Origin: Squalus acanthias | Lineage: Eukaryota | Direction: 5' to 3' | Length of the DNA stretch: 64,000 nucleotides | NCBI GenBank assembly: GCA_030390025.1 | Contig: CM059438.1 | Coordinates: forward strand, 53,632,001-53,696,000 | Part shown: one piece after another, positions 1 to 11,328 of the stretch | How positions within the stretch are numbered: position 1 is the first letter of the stretch | How the letters are laid out: every line of letters starts with the position of its first letter | Translations under genes and position numbers: made by a program | The notes under the pieces: model-generated | Database searches by the model: none | What the model was told of the DNA's origin: nothing | Seen by the model: the letters and a program-made list of their open reading frames with translations, nothing else

Positions 1-97
1 ACTTGAATGGCCTCCTGCACCATGGTGTCATGGTCAGCTTGCTCATCCATCCTGCAGGCTTTTCCCTCATCCACACAGGCAGCAAGAACCTCATACC

Positions 98-359
98 ACT
101 TCATCTAGAGGCATCTTTTGTTTCTTAACTTGTCCCATTACTATCTCCTTTTGCCTTGCACCAACATCCCTTTTGTCTCTTAATCTCTCCTGCCTTCCAT
201 CCTATCACAGACTTTCCCTACACTTGCTTAAAAACCTGTTCATCTCCAGCTTTTTCCAGTTCTGACAAAGGGTCATTGACCTGAAACGTTAACTCTGTTT
301 CTCTCTCCACAGATGCTGCCTGACCTGTTGAGTATTTCCAGCATTTTCTGTTTTCATTT
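98..359 (+). mobile_element. Penelope-like element terminal repeat fragment (family 2) with degenerate hammerhead core
   Basis: Matches 40170-40290 at the end of the PLE ORF; flanked by a 14-bp TSD AAGAAC(C/T)TCATACC at 84-97 and 360-373. Confidence 0.75.
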
Positions 360-680
360 AAGAACTTCATACCTGTTGGACAAGGACAAAGGCTGAGGCT
401 CCTCCAGCACTGCACCTGGGGCCCCTTACCTGCCTGAGTCACAGTCACACCCTCCTGTACCTGACCACTAACCTGACCTGTACCACTACCTAATCTAAGG
501 GGTGTGACTGCCTCCTGGATCAAAGTGTCCAGGTAACTCTCCCCATCCCTGATGCCCCGCAATGTCGGTACCTCAGACTCCAGCTCAAAAACTCTGAGCT
601 GAAGTTCCTCAAGATGCAGGCATTTACTGCAAACGTGGTTGTCCGGGATCACAATGCTCTCCACAAACTCCCACATGCTG

Positions 681-886
681 CGATGTGGAGATGCCGGTGT
701 TGGACTGGGGTGGACAAATGTGAGAAGTCGCACAACACCAGGTTATAGTCCAACAGCTTTATTTGAAATCACAAGCTTTCGGAGCGCTGCTCCTTCGTCA
801 GGTGAAGGAGCAGCGCTCCGAAAGCTTGTGATTTCAAATAAAGCTGTTGGACTATAACCTGGTGTTGTGCGACTTCTCACTTTTGT
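681..886. mobile_element. Palindromic Penelope pseudo-LTR derivative (family 1)
   Basis: About 85-bp inverted arms matching the pLTR at 44790-44910; 11-bp TSD CCCACATGCTG at 670-680 and 887-897. Confidence 0.85.
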
Positions 887-1023
887 CCCACATGCTGTAG
901 TTGCGGCACACCACCTGCACTGCCATCCCTATATGACCTTGTTTTATTTAATTAAAGTTAATTAAATTTGTAATTAGGTAACTTAGTTTACAGTGTAGTT
1001 TCCTGACTACTTACTTGATCTAG

Positions 1024-1747
1024 CTTTTGATCTTACTTGGTCGCCTGAGGAAGAGAGTGTTTGAAGACCAGGATCTCAAACCCGGCACTAAGCTCATGGT
1101 CTACAGAGCAGTAGTGATACCCGCCCTCCTGTATGCCTCAGAGACATGGACCATGTACAGCAGGCACCTCAAAGCACTGGAGAGGTACCACCAACGCTGC
1201 CTCCGCAAGATCCTGCAAATCCATTGGCAGGATAGGCGCACCAATGTCAGTGTTCTCGCTCAGGCCAACATCCCCAGCATCGAAGCTTTGACCACGCTCG
1301 ATCAGCTCCGATGGACGAGCCACATCGTCCGTATGCCCGATACGAGACTCCCAAAACAAGCGCTCTATTCGGAGCTCCGACACGGCAAGAGAGCCCCAGG
1401 TGGGCAGAGGAAACGCTTCAAGGACACCCTCAAAGCCTCCTTGAAAAAGTGCAACATCCCCACCGACACCTGGGAATCCCTGGCCGAAGACCACACAAAG
1501 TGGAGGAGAAGCATCCGGGAAGGGGCCTGAACACCTCGAGTCTCTTCACCAGGAGCAAGCGGAAACCAAGCGCAAGGAGCGCACATCAACCCAAGCACCC
1601 CACCCACCCGCCCCTTCAACCACCCTCTGCCCCACCTGTGACAGAGACTGTAGGTCCCGCATTGGACTCATCAGTCACCTGAGAACTCATTTTTAATGTG
1701 GAAGCAAGTCATCCTCAGTTCTGAGGGACTGCCTAAGAGAAAGAGAG
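1024..1747 (+). mobile_element. RTE-clade LINE, 5'-truncated 3' end
   Basis: ORF 1027-1530 with RTE post-RT motifs (LLYASETW, LRW..HIVRM...RLPK, G.R..GGQRKRFKD) followed by CPTCDRDC..IGLISHLRTH; GA-rich tail; TSD ACTTGATCTAG at 1013-1023 and 1748-1758. Confidence 0.85.
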
Positions 1748-2213
1748 ACTTGATCTAGATTAAGTTATGGGTACTGAAATTAAATATCTACCTGTAACAC
1801 AAAGCACTACAAGTATTGTAAGCAAAAAGCAACAACTCCTTCCCCCTCTTCTCTGAATTCCCACTCTTTCCAAATTCCCAAACTCTGTTTAAGTCCACTC
1901 TGTTTGAAACAGTATTGCCCCAGGAGCGAGACCCCCACATTGGCACCCCCAGCTCCCTGGCCAGGGGAGCCTCCCCTGACTCCACAGTCTGGCGGGGTGA
2001 CCCCTGGTGTGTGAACTGGCTGGGGTGTGGGGCCGATGATCCTTATTCCTATTGGCACAGGATTGATGTTCCTCAGGCCCACACTCCCCAGCTCTGCCCA
2101 AATACGCCTGAAGCAGGCCGGGCCAGTCAGGTGTGACACCCAGGAGACCGGACCAGCCATCCTGCAAAGGGACGGCCACCTCGCACCCTTCAGTTGCCTC
2201 AATCGCCACCGCC

Positions 2214-3000
2214 CGGAGACACCTCCCCGACCCCCAGCCCCCGGACACCCCCCCCCCCCCCCCGAACCCCAACCCCCAGACAGCCCCCGACCCCCGGACA
2301 ACCCCTGACCCCCGGACACCCCCCGACCCCCAACCCCCAGACGGCCCCCAGCCCCCGGACACCCCCCAGCCCCCGGACACCACCCCCCCCCCCCCCCCCC
2401 CCCCCGAAACCCCAGACGGCCCCCGACTCCCGGACAACCCCAGACACCCCCCGACCCCCAACCCCCAAACGGCCCCCGGACACCCCCAGCCCCCGGACAC
2501 CCCCGAACCCCAACCCCCAGACGACCCTCAGCCCCCGGTCACCCCCGGACACCCCCCGACCCCTGGACACCCCACGACCCCCAACCCCCGGACACCCCCC
2601 GACCCCTGGACACCCCACCATCCCCGGACACCCCACGATCCCCGGACACCCCCTGGAGACCCCTGGACCCCCAGACACCCCCCCGACCCCTGGAGACCCC
2701 CGGACACCCGACCCCTGGAGACCCCCCCCCCCCCGACCCCTGGAGACACCCCACGACCCCCGGACGACCCCCAGCCCCCGGCCGACCCTCAGACGACCCC
2801 CGGACACCCCCCGACCCCTGGAGACCCCCGGACACCCGACACCCCCCGACCCCTGGAGACCCCCCCCCCGACCCCTGGAGACACCCCACGACCCCCGGAC
2901 GACCCCAGCCCCCGGCCGACCCTCAGACACCCCCCGACCCCCGGACACCCCCCGACCCCCAGACACCCCCCGGACGACACCTGGACACCCCCCAACCCCT
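2214..3000 (+). repeat. C-rich degenerate minisatellite (core CCCCGGACACCCCCCGAC)
   Basis: Visible tandem units; source of the Pro/Gly-rich spurious ORFs. Confidence 0.9.
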
Positions 3001-3002
3001 GA

Positions 3003-4468
3003 TGCCGCAAGAAATGTAATGATTTATTGCGATGTCAAGGTTTGTACAGTTATTAGAAAAGTCAACTGTAATATTTCTTTAAATTTAACTGAACTAGTTT
3101 TAAAAAGCTGTTCGATGCATGTGTGTAGTCAAGTGACTTCATTATCCAGGCACCTGAGCTTGCCATAAAATGTTATGGCTTTGGGGCCAGCTCAGGGTCA
3201 TCCATTGTGCTCTGATCTTGATTCCACAGGTTTGAGTTGTAAAATTTCTATTAGTGAAAAAAAAACCTGTCTGCAAAGCAGGTTGTGTCCATGTCTCAAA
3301 TGCAGGTGGGTGTAATCTGCAGAAAAAGCTGCGGTTTCATGACGTTTCATATTTTCTGTTTTCATTTTAGAGTAAAATTGTTCACAACGCCAGAGAAGGT
3401 GCACTGACAGGCGGTGGTGTTGTCACACTAAGGGATTTATCCGAGCATGAGGAAAGGGTCGAGCAGCTGCTTGGCATTAGTAGCGGCTGTACAGTGGCTG
3501 CTGCACAATCAGACATTGGGATAAGGAAAGGTGAGTTGGTCTGGCCGCTATATGTTTAAAAATGTTAGGTGTGTGTTGAATATCAGCTTCTGTGATGTGG
3601 CAGATCGTGCTTTACCTTTGCAAATGTTTCCTGTTTCCTTTCCACAGGTGGACAGCATACTTCTCACACACGGGATGAACAGTGCGTTGAGTCTGCGGCC
3701 GCAGAGGGCATTGGGGAGGGGTTACAGATGCAGTAGGAGCAGTAAGTGAGGTGGTGGAGGAGCAGGAGGAATTTGCGCTTTGTCAGCTAGTGGAAGAGGA
3801 GGGTATGGACCCTGGGTGGCTGCACAGTACCTCTCCATCTCCTGGCCCCTCTGGCTCTGTGCGAGGCACAGATGACTGTCGTTCCACAGACAGACACCAG
3901 CCTGATACTGCAGAGCAGGTGAGAGAAGCAGAAAGACATTCAACACTACGGAATGACAGAAGCTCAGGTGCAACAGATTGAAGGGTTGAGGCAAGAGATG
4001 TGTACTCTTACAGAGAAGAAAGTTGACTCTCTTGCCTCCATCAGGCAGGGAATTGATATTCTTGGTAAAGATGTTAACATGTCACTTGATCAGATAGTAT
4101 TGCAGTTGCAAAAACCAGATGTTACTATGGCGCTTAATCAGATAAATGAGTCTCTCGTTGGACTCTTGCAGTTGCTTGAACCACTTTCTGCTGCCATTAC
4201 TTTGACTCCCGCAGAACCGCCCTTACCTGCTCCCAGCGCAGAAACAGTGCGGGCCCACGAGACAGCAGCTCCACCAGTCCTGAGGCAAGCAAACGTTGCC
4301 TTTCAGCAGCAGCGGCAGCAGCAGCAACCCTGTCACGAGGCAATTGCTGAAGGGCAAGAGATGGCACACAGGGGCCTTTCAATTGGCAGCAGAGGGCTCC
4401 GGTCACAAGGAAGGGGAAAGTGCAGGAGACAGCAGGGTGTCATCTTTTGCACAATGCACCTCCTTTGA
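3003..4468 (+). pseudogene. Harbinger Myb/SANT-like DNA-binding gene (NAIF1/MSANTD type), spliced and disrupted
   Basis: CRKKCNDLLR at 3003-3032; AG/GT-bounded exon 3371-3530 encodes SKIVHNAREGALTGGGVVTLRDLSEHEERVEQLLG, the typical motif following the Myb domain; next exon from 3649 is acidic/coiled-coil with frameshifts. Confidence 0.75.
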
Positions 4469-4966
4469 CCCTCAGGCACAGATGCGAGGGGGCAAATCGT
4501 TCAATTGTTTAATGTTTCATTTTATTTAAATGTTAAATGTTGTCGTTGCTTTTTTTATTGAAATATATATTTGTGACTGAAAGTGTATGTAACCTTTTCA
4601 TTTAAAAAGTACAGCCTCTAGTCACTTTGAAAAAAATTCAACTTTTTTATTTGCAAAAATATTTAAAATTACAACTGTTTGAAAATTAGAAAATAGCTAG
4701 TTTCCATCTTGAATGTCTTTATTGCACTAAGAAACCAAAAAAGTCACTTTAAACTGTTTACAAATTTTATTCAAAACAATTATGTTTGCGAATGTTTGAA
4801 AAGTAGAAAATAGCTAGTTAACATTTAAAAGTTATAAACTATGTACATCAACACTGAACCTCAAAAGTCTTTGATGCTGCAATAAAAGTTCACTGTTTCA
4901 TTTTAACTTGTGTCTGTTCCTTTCTTTGCCTTGCTGGGGGAGGGGAGGTACAAGGCGACACTATCA

Positions 4967-6102
4967 TCACCTCGTGAAGGCGTTGGCTACTAGCAGTTCC
5001 CGAGCAGCCTTACTTTCGGCAGCACTTGGCTCCTCCCCATCAGGCCTGGCCACAGGCACATTGGCATCATCCATGTCCTCCATTTCAGCAGGGAGCTCCT
5101 CTGCAGCGTTAAGGGTCAGTCCTTCCTGCAGGGCAAAGTTATGCAAAGCACAACAGGCCACCACAATCCTTGCCACTTTCTGAGGAGAATACTGCAAGGT
5201 CCCCCCTGACCTGTCCAGGCACCGGAAGTGTGATTTCAGAACTCCGATTGTCCTCTCCACCACTTGCCGTGTGGACACATGTGCCTGGTTGTATCTCTTC
5301 TGAGCCTCATTATTGGTCTTGCGGTAGGGAGTCATCAGCCATGGTCTTATCGGGTAGCCCTTGTCACCCAATATCCATGCGGATCCTGGAGGCAATGTGC
5401 TGAGGGCGCCATATAAGTCCGAGTGACGGAGGACGAAGGAGTCATGAATACTTCCCCGGTGCTCTGCATTCACGTTTAGGATCCTGAGGTGCGCATCACA
5501 GACTATCATGACATTCAATGAATGAAACCCCTTCCTGTTGACGTATGTCACAGGTGTATCCAGTGGTGCCTTCAATGCAACATGGGTTCCATCGACGGCC
5601 CCAATCACTTTGGGGAATCCAGCAATGGTATAAAATGCAAGGGCCATCTCCTTTTGATGGTGAGTGGACAAGTCAAAGTCAATGAACTCTGAAGCCCTAT
5701 GGAAAATGGCATCTGTGACCTGGTGAATGCAGGCCCTCGCAGCACTCTGGGAGATGTTGGTAATGTCACCGGTGCCTGCCTGAAATGACTCACTTGCAAA
5801 GAAGTTCAATGCTGTGGTTACCTTCATGTTCACTGACAAGGCAGTGCGGGTCTTCGAGCGTGTTTGAAGGACCTCCTTTAACATGTCACATAGTCGGCCG
5901 ATTGCCTCTTTACTGAAGCGCAGCCTCCTCACACACAACTCCTCCAACAGCCTCTCAAATGACAGCCTCTCCCTGTACACTCTCTGGGGTGGGTAGTGGT
6001 TCCTCCTGATCAGGAGTCGGTGATGGTTCCTCAGCCGTCTTTGTTGTTCCCTGGCGTTTCCAATTCTCTGAAGCACAGTCGCACCGAGGATCAGGGCAGC
6101 AT
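4967..6102 (-). CDS. Harbinger (HARBI1-like) DDE transposase/nuclease
   Basis: 369-aa open frame with GAVDGTHV, GSIHDSFV, LGDKGYP, RQVVERTIGVLK motifs; no in-frame ATG, the ATG at about 6102 is one base out of frame. Confidence 0.9.
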
Positions 6103-7128
6103 TCTCAAAGGGCCTGTTTCTCCCTCACAGGCTTCCTCTTTAAACAGATGAAGTACTTGTAAGGAAAAAATGGAAAGAGTTGTTAAAGTAATTTTAATAA
6201 AGTGAGTGGCTGGAAAATCACGTTGGGCTCTGGTGGGAAACGTGCGGTGTCGGATCGGGCACACGTCTACCCGCCAGATCAATATCACGGCCCGAGATGA
6301 TTTTCTAAGAACTTTAACATTTTCACAAAGTCATACATACATACAATTTTTAAAGGAATATAATTGATATTTTCTGGCATAATTTTTTAAAACTTTAGTA
6401 AATGTTAAATAATTCATTTTTAAAGTCATTTTCACATTTAAGAAAAAAATCTAATTCAATTAGGCCTTGCACACAGCAAGAGTTGCTCTTTATAACTACA
6501 CTACTCAAAACAAGGTCCAAAACTGTTTTTAACAAATTAAAGTTGATAAAAACTTACCTCAGGCTTTCTGCAAAGAACTTTGCTCACTTTCATAATTAAA
6601 AATGTTCCGTTTACAAGCCCCACTGCTGAAAGAGTTCTTCTTCCAGGAGCTTGAATGCGGGCTGTACGCCTGCTTTTCTCGGCGCAGCTGCTTCCGACTT
6701 ACCTGGATTGAAGCAACTGAGAAAAAACCGGACCTTTCAGCCGGGAGCGCTGCCTCTCCAGCGCAGGCCTTTCACCTGGCCAGCCCTTTCTTCACAGATC
6801 GCAAATGCCGGTTTCCAGCGCATGCGCAGTGCATGCCTGAAACCGGCATTTCCGATGTCGCTACAGGTGAGTACCCAGCGCGTACACACCCGGAGGGATC
6901 GGAATTTCTGCACCATTAACTGAATGAATTATTTTTTTTTCAAAAATAGTAAATTACCATTTAATTCAAATGAGAGCATTAAACAACGAGACATTTTCAG
7001 ATTTGAAGCAGGTCAAGGAACCCAAAAGCAGTGACATCAACGAGACTAATCTCCCAAACCTGCCTGTATTCCAAAGCTCTGATTGGCTCTGGGCCTCACC
7101 CCGTCTCCTCACCCTCTCTCCTTTGTTA

Positions 7129-7308
7129 ATTTTTTTTTATATTTTAAAATTTGAACATTTTATTTACAGTTAATAACATTACAGAGCTCAAGTCTCAGCT
7201 CTTTGTACAAAGTCACAAGCCATCATTGCCTACAAGGCAGGGATCTCAGTCTCTACAAGTTGGTGATGTGATCTCCAAGCTTTTTGATCGTCTTCACCTG
7301 TTCATCCG
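7129..7308 (-). pseudogene. Ferritin pseudogene fragment, 3' part (split by the ERV)
   Basis: Minus strand reads PDEQVKTIKKLGDHITNL*RL, then AATAAA (7159-7164) and an A-rich tail near 7130. Confidence 0.85.
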
Positions 7309-7821
7309 TGTTGGAGAAGAAAATTATTAAAGAAATGTCGGAGAAGAAAAACTCATCCAGTTAATGAACTTTAAATTCGCTGACACAGGACTTTAACATG
7401 CTGCAATGGGTTGGCAGTCTGCCTTGTCAGACAACGTTACAACGTACAGGGCTCGAGATAACACTGTCACATAGACGAGGCTGATCACATCAACTGTACC
7501 CTGACGTTAATTGAATTTATTTACCATGCTTAACAATTGTATACATAAAATTGATTGGATTCTAATAACTATCACGCGCTCATGTGAGCACGATGTGATC
7601 AATGATGGATGTATAAAATACTGTGCCCCGGAGTGACTTATCTGAGAGGTCGGTGACTGCACGCGGGTGCATCACTGCTCTCCCAGAGCGCTCTGAATAA
7701 AGTGTACTCCCGCATTTAACCGTGTAAATTGAGTTTTATTGCTCAGTCGGGCTAAGTCGGGTAACGCGTCGACTCTCCTTCACGGTTGGTCCGCTTAAGG
7801 CTCCGATTAGCCCCTACAACA
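7309..7821 (+). repeat. 5' LTR (513 bp)
   Basis: TGTTG...CAACA termini; TATAAAA at 7612-7618; AATAAA at 7696-7701; one visible difference from the 3' LTR (G7444 vs A13148). Confidence 0.97.
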
Positions 7822-7823
7822 AT

Positions 7824-7841
7824 TGGCGCTGCGAGCAGGGT
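7824..7841 (+). promoter_or_regulatory. Primer-binding site, tRNA-Ser-like
   Basis: TGGCGCTGCGAGCAGGGT two bases after the LTR; close to the complement of vertebrate tRNA-Ser(CGA/UGA) 3' ends as I recall them. Confidence 0.8.
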
Positions 7842-8185
7842 TACTGAGTACCGACACCCTGATCAAGTGATAACGGGCTCGAGTAACCGAAAGAATCTGA
7901 GGGGATTTGCGAGAGTACACTTTATAGGGGTTTTTGGTCCGGGTATTCTCGGAAGGCAGAGGGGGAATCGTTGTGAGTATTCTGCATTACAATGTCAAAT
8001 TTTTGGGCCGTAGGTTAAAGGTACAGAGTAAAACCTGTGATAAAGTCTGCGGGCGGTGCTTGCGAGATCCGGAACTCCAGGCAACTAGACACGTCGGTAA
8101 ACGAGTTCGCGAGTCCAGAAGGACGGGAGAGTGAAGAGAGGCGGTGAGTGTTTACTGGAGAGTGTGATCGGAGAGCGGACGGGCG

Positions 8186-9520
8186 ATGTCAGGTAAGGAC
8201 GTTAAGATGGGGCCCCCGGGGTCCCTTATTAATAGTTACATGACAGATAGACGTTCGCTGATAGACAGAATGCAGAAAGATGGCTGGGATGTTAGCCAGT
8301 CATTAGAGTCACAACGAGAGTGGGTACGTAAGCAAAAAAGGGAGAAAACCAAGAAAACGGGAGTTCTTTTGGTACACCAATTGGCGGGACTAATCGAGCA
8401 AGTAGATAAGGTCCGAGAGACTGATAAGGCCAAAAACAGAGAAATAGCAGATTTAAAAAAGAAGGTAGAAATACTAGAGGGAATAAATCAAGAACAAAGT
8501 AGAATGTGTCCCGGAAGGTGGACGGGGTGTAACACAGATCCACTCCCCCCGTACGGACTTTCCGGACCAACAGCCCCAACTGAAGAAACAGTCGGAGATA
8601 CAACAGAAGAATATTTTGCGGCCCCCGTTAGAATGAGGGGCCAGCCTGGTGCCGCCGGGGCAAGGGCGGATTTTCAGCCTTTTACCCCGGGAGAAAGGCA
8701 ACAGATTTTGAAAGACCTGGGGAACTTACAAACACGAAGTGCCAACACCAAGTTCTGGGCAAACCTAGATATGGTTTGGCTGGGACACAGCCTCCACCTG
8801 CGTGACGTTCATCAGTTGGTCCGGACAGCATGTCCGGTCGACCGATGGCGCCTCATGCAGACCACCCCCAATCAGGCCAATATGGATTATAAGACCGGTC
8901 GATGGACTGAACAATGTCCATTGGCAGATACAATAGACCGACAACAGGCTCCCTTTAATCTGTTTAAAACAGAAATCCAGCGGGTGTTAGGAGAGGCCCC
9001 GACTAATTGGAGTAAGATAACGTCCTGTAAGCAGCAAAAGGGCGAGGGGGCCTCCGAATATGGAGAAAGTCTGTTTATTGTTTATGGAGAGTCATCAGGC
9101 CAACCAGGGCCGGCAAGAACTGACCCCGCTTTCATTCAGGCCTTTAAAGATGGCTTGTCTCCCGCACACCAGGCTATCATCAAGATGGGCGTAGTAACAA
9201 CCAGGAATTACGACGACCTAGTAGAGTGGGCTTGTGGGGTAGACGGGTTAAAGGCCAAAGAGGAAGGTACGGTCAAGGTTAAACAGGAAAGTGTAAGTGC
9301 GGTAAAACAGGCAGCGGGACCCAAGGGGGCATGTCATGGTTGCGGGAAGCCTGGACATTTTATTAGAGATTGTAAGGCTAAGAAGACATGTACTTACTGT
9401 AATAAGAAGGGCCATACTGAGGCCACTTGTTTCAGTAAACATGGCAGACCTGAGACGACCCACGTCACCATGACCCCCGAAGAAAAGAGACAATATCAAC
9501 AGTGGAAAGAGACACAGTGA
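8186..9520 (+). CDS. gag: Retroviral Gag (444 aa)
   Basis: LPPY and PTAP late-domain-like motifs, MHR-like CKQQKGEGASEY, two CCHC knuckles (CHGCGKPGHFIRDC, CTYCNKKGHTEATC), ends in TGA-CAG. Confidence 0.92.
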   Translation: MSGKDVKMGPPGSLINSYMTDRRSLIDRMQKDGWDVSQSLESQREWVRKQKREKTKKTGVLLVHQLAGLIEQVDKVRETDKAKNREIADLKKKVEILEGINQEQSRMCPGRWTGCNTDPLPPYGLSGPTAPTEETVGDTTEEYFAAPVRMRGQPGAAGARADFQPFTPGERQQILKDLGNLQTRSANTKFWANLDMVWLGHSLHLRDVHQLVRTACPVDRWRLMQTTPNQANMDYKTGRWTEQCPLADTIDRQQAPFNLFKTEIQRVLGEAPTNWSKITSCKQQKGEGASEYGESLFIVYGESSGQPGPARTDPAFIQAFKDGLSPAHQAIIKMGVVTTRNYDDLVEWACGVDGLKAKEEGTVKVKQESVSAVKQAAGPKGACHGCGKPGHFIRDCKAKKTCTYCNKKGHTEATCFSKHGRPETTHVTMTPEEKRQYQQWKETQ

Positions 9521-11328
9521 CAGTCAGCGGCCCCCGTAAAAGGAGACATAGGGGAGAACCCAGCTGAGAGGATCCTGGGAACAGGAGCCCCACACAGTTG
9601 TAAAAAAAAATAGACGAGGACATTGGAGAAGAGATTATCAAAGACACCCCTCTAGAGGAAGTGGAGGAAACATTCTATGTAGATGGATCCCGTAAATATA
9701 TTAATGGACAACCCCGAACTGGGTGGGCAGTAGTTAATAGTAAGATGGAAGTAGTTAAATCTGGACGGTTAGATGGTAGCTTATCAGCCCAAGTAGCAGA
9801 GTTGGTCGCGTTGACTCAAGCATTGAATGAAGCAAAGAACCAGGTAGTCAATATATACACAGATAGCCGGTATGCCTTCGGGGTAGTGCATGACTACATG
9901 ACAGCATGGGGACGTAGAGGGTATATAACCACAGGAGGAAAAGGTAACCCCATCAAACATCAGGGACGAATAGAGGCCTTGCTAGAAGCAAGCAAAAGAC
10001 CTAAACAGGTGGCAGTTATCAAAATTAAGGCCCATCAGAAAGAACCAGACAAGACAAGCCCAGACTGGGACAGCCACCAGGGGAACCAGGCGGCTGATTG
10101 GGCAGCACAGGCAGCTCTAGAACAGGAGGAGATAAACGAAGTACCGGTGGGCAGCGTAGACAGCCCAGAGAACAAAATAAAGATCTGGGAAGTCCAAGAC
10201 GAAGCATCGGACACGGAAAAGGAAACATGGGTAAGAAATGGAGCTGGAGTAGGATCCGATCGAGTCTGGAGAAAAGAAGGTAAAGTAGTAGCACCGGAGT
10301 GTATACAACAGACTCTGCTAGAGATACATCACGGTATTTCACATACAGGGAGAGAGGCAATGAACTCCTTAATAAGTAAGGATTGGTGGTGGAAGGGGAT
10401 GGGAAGAGACATCGCGAGGCACTGTCAGCGATGTATCACTTGTGCTCAGCATAATCCTGGCCGGCCTATTAAAATTAGAATGGGCCACCAGCCAAGACCC
10501 CGAGGTCCTTGGGAGCACATACAAATTGATTTTACGGGACCACTTCCCCAGTCCCACGGAAAAACATACTGCCTTGTGATAATTGACCAGTTCACAAGGT
10601 GGGTAGAAGCTTTCCCAACGCGGAATTGCATGGCCTTAACGGTAGCCAGAATCCTGGCCGAGGAAGTAATCCCGCGGTGGGGAGTGCCCTTGCAAATCGA
10701 CTCTGACCAAGGAACGCACTTTACAGGGAGTGTAGTAAAGAATATTTGTCAGCTGATGGGGATTAAACAGAAGTTCCATATCCCTTACCACCCCCCGAGC
10801 TCGGGAATGGTTGAAAGAATGAATCGAACACTCAAAAACGCTTTAGCAAAAGCAATACAGGAATCTGGGAAAACATGGGTTGAGGTTTTACCCCTTATCC
10901 TAATGAAGTTACGAGCCACCACGAATCGTACGACAGGCCTGACCCCTTATGAACTAATGACAGGAAGGGCGATGCAATTACCAGAAGGCATCATAACAGG
11001 TGGGGCTGATGTGGGCCCCTTAAAGGACAGACTACGGCGTTATGTCTTAGAGCTTAGCACCCAACTGAAGGGGATGCGCCAAGCCGTACGAGACAATCAG
11101 GAACTTCAGGATCAGGCACAGGAGGGGGTCATGACACCCTCCGTGCCGTCAGCGGGCAGCAAAGTGATGCTGAAGGTCCTGCCTGACAAGCCAGGCTTCG
11201 CCCCAAAATGGAGCGGACCCTACAAAATTATAATTAGTGGTGATACCTGTGCCTGTCTGGACATAAGGGGGAAGGGAGTCTGGAAACATTGGACACAATT
11301 AAAAATGTATGGAGAAAAGATGAACTAA
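9521..11328 (+). CDS. pol: Truncated Pol: connection-domain end, RNase H and integrase; no protease or RT
   Basis: NPAERIL...HSC connection motif in the gag read-through frame, frame break in the A9 run at 9602-9610, then YVDGS/AQVAEL/YTDSRY RNase H, HHCC, D-D-E (IDFT, DSDQG, VERMN) and GPY motifs. Confidence 0.9.

Larger units (their letters stand above)
1..1910 (-). mobile_element. CR1-clade LINE 5' part (ORF1 zinc-finger/coiled-coil region plus 5' UTR), interrupted by three younger insertions
   Basis: Minus-strand translation MWEFVESIVIPDNHVCSKCLHLEELQLRVFELESE...GESYLD is homologous to the CR1 ORF1 at 48457-49092; 1825-1890 resembles the 5' UTR at 49370-49430. Confidence 0.75.
3001..6914. 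mobile_element. PIF/Harbinger DNA transposon (convergent Myb/SANT gene and DDE nuclease); left terminus not found
   Basis: Two convergent genes separated by an AT-rich spacer at 4500-4900; possible right terminus GGAATTTCTGCACC at 6901-6914; boundaries approximate. Confidence 0.75.

Noticed and set aside
218..733. 171-aa ORF as a real gene
   Set aside because: Chimera of pLTR sequence, CR1 ORF1 and antisense PLE repeat; the same false N-terminus appears at 41706 and 44838
1910..2210. Possible Tx1 or gene fragment
   Set aside because: No recognisable motif in any frame; left unannotated
1807..3168. Long Pro-rich and Gly-rich ORFs (extensin/collagen-like)
   Set aside because: Open in several frames on both strands only because the C-rich minisatellite lacks stop codons
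4967..6076. Host HARBI1 gene
   Set aside because: Lacks a start codon, is paired with a decayed Myb gene and sits among TEs, so it is better read as a transposon copy
7786..8134. Pre-gag ORFs as accessory genes
   Set aside because: Non-ATG starts, partly within the LTR, no motifs
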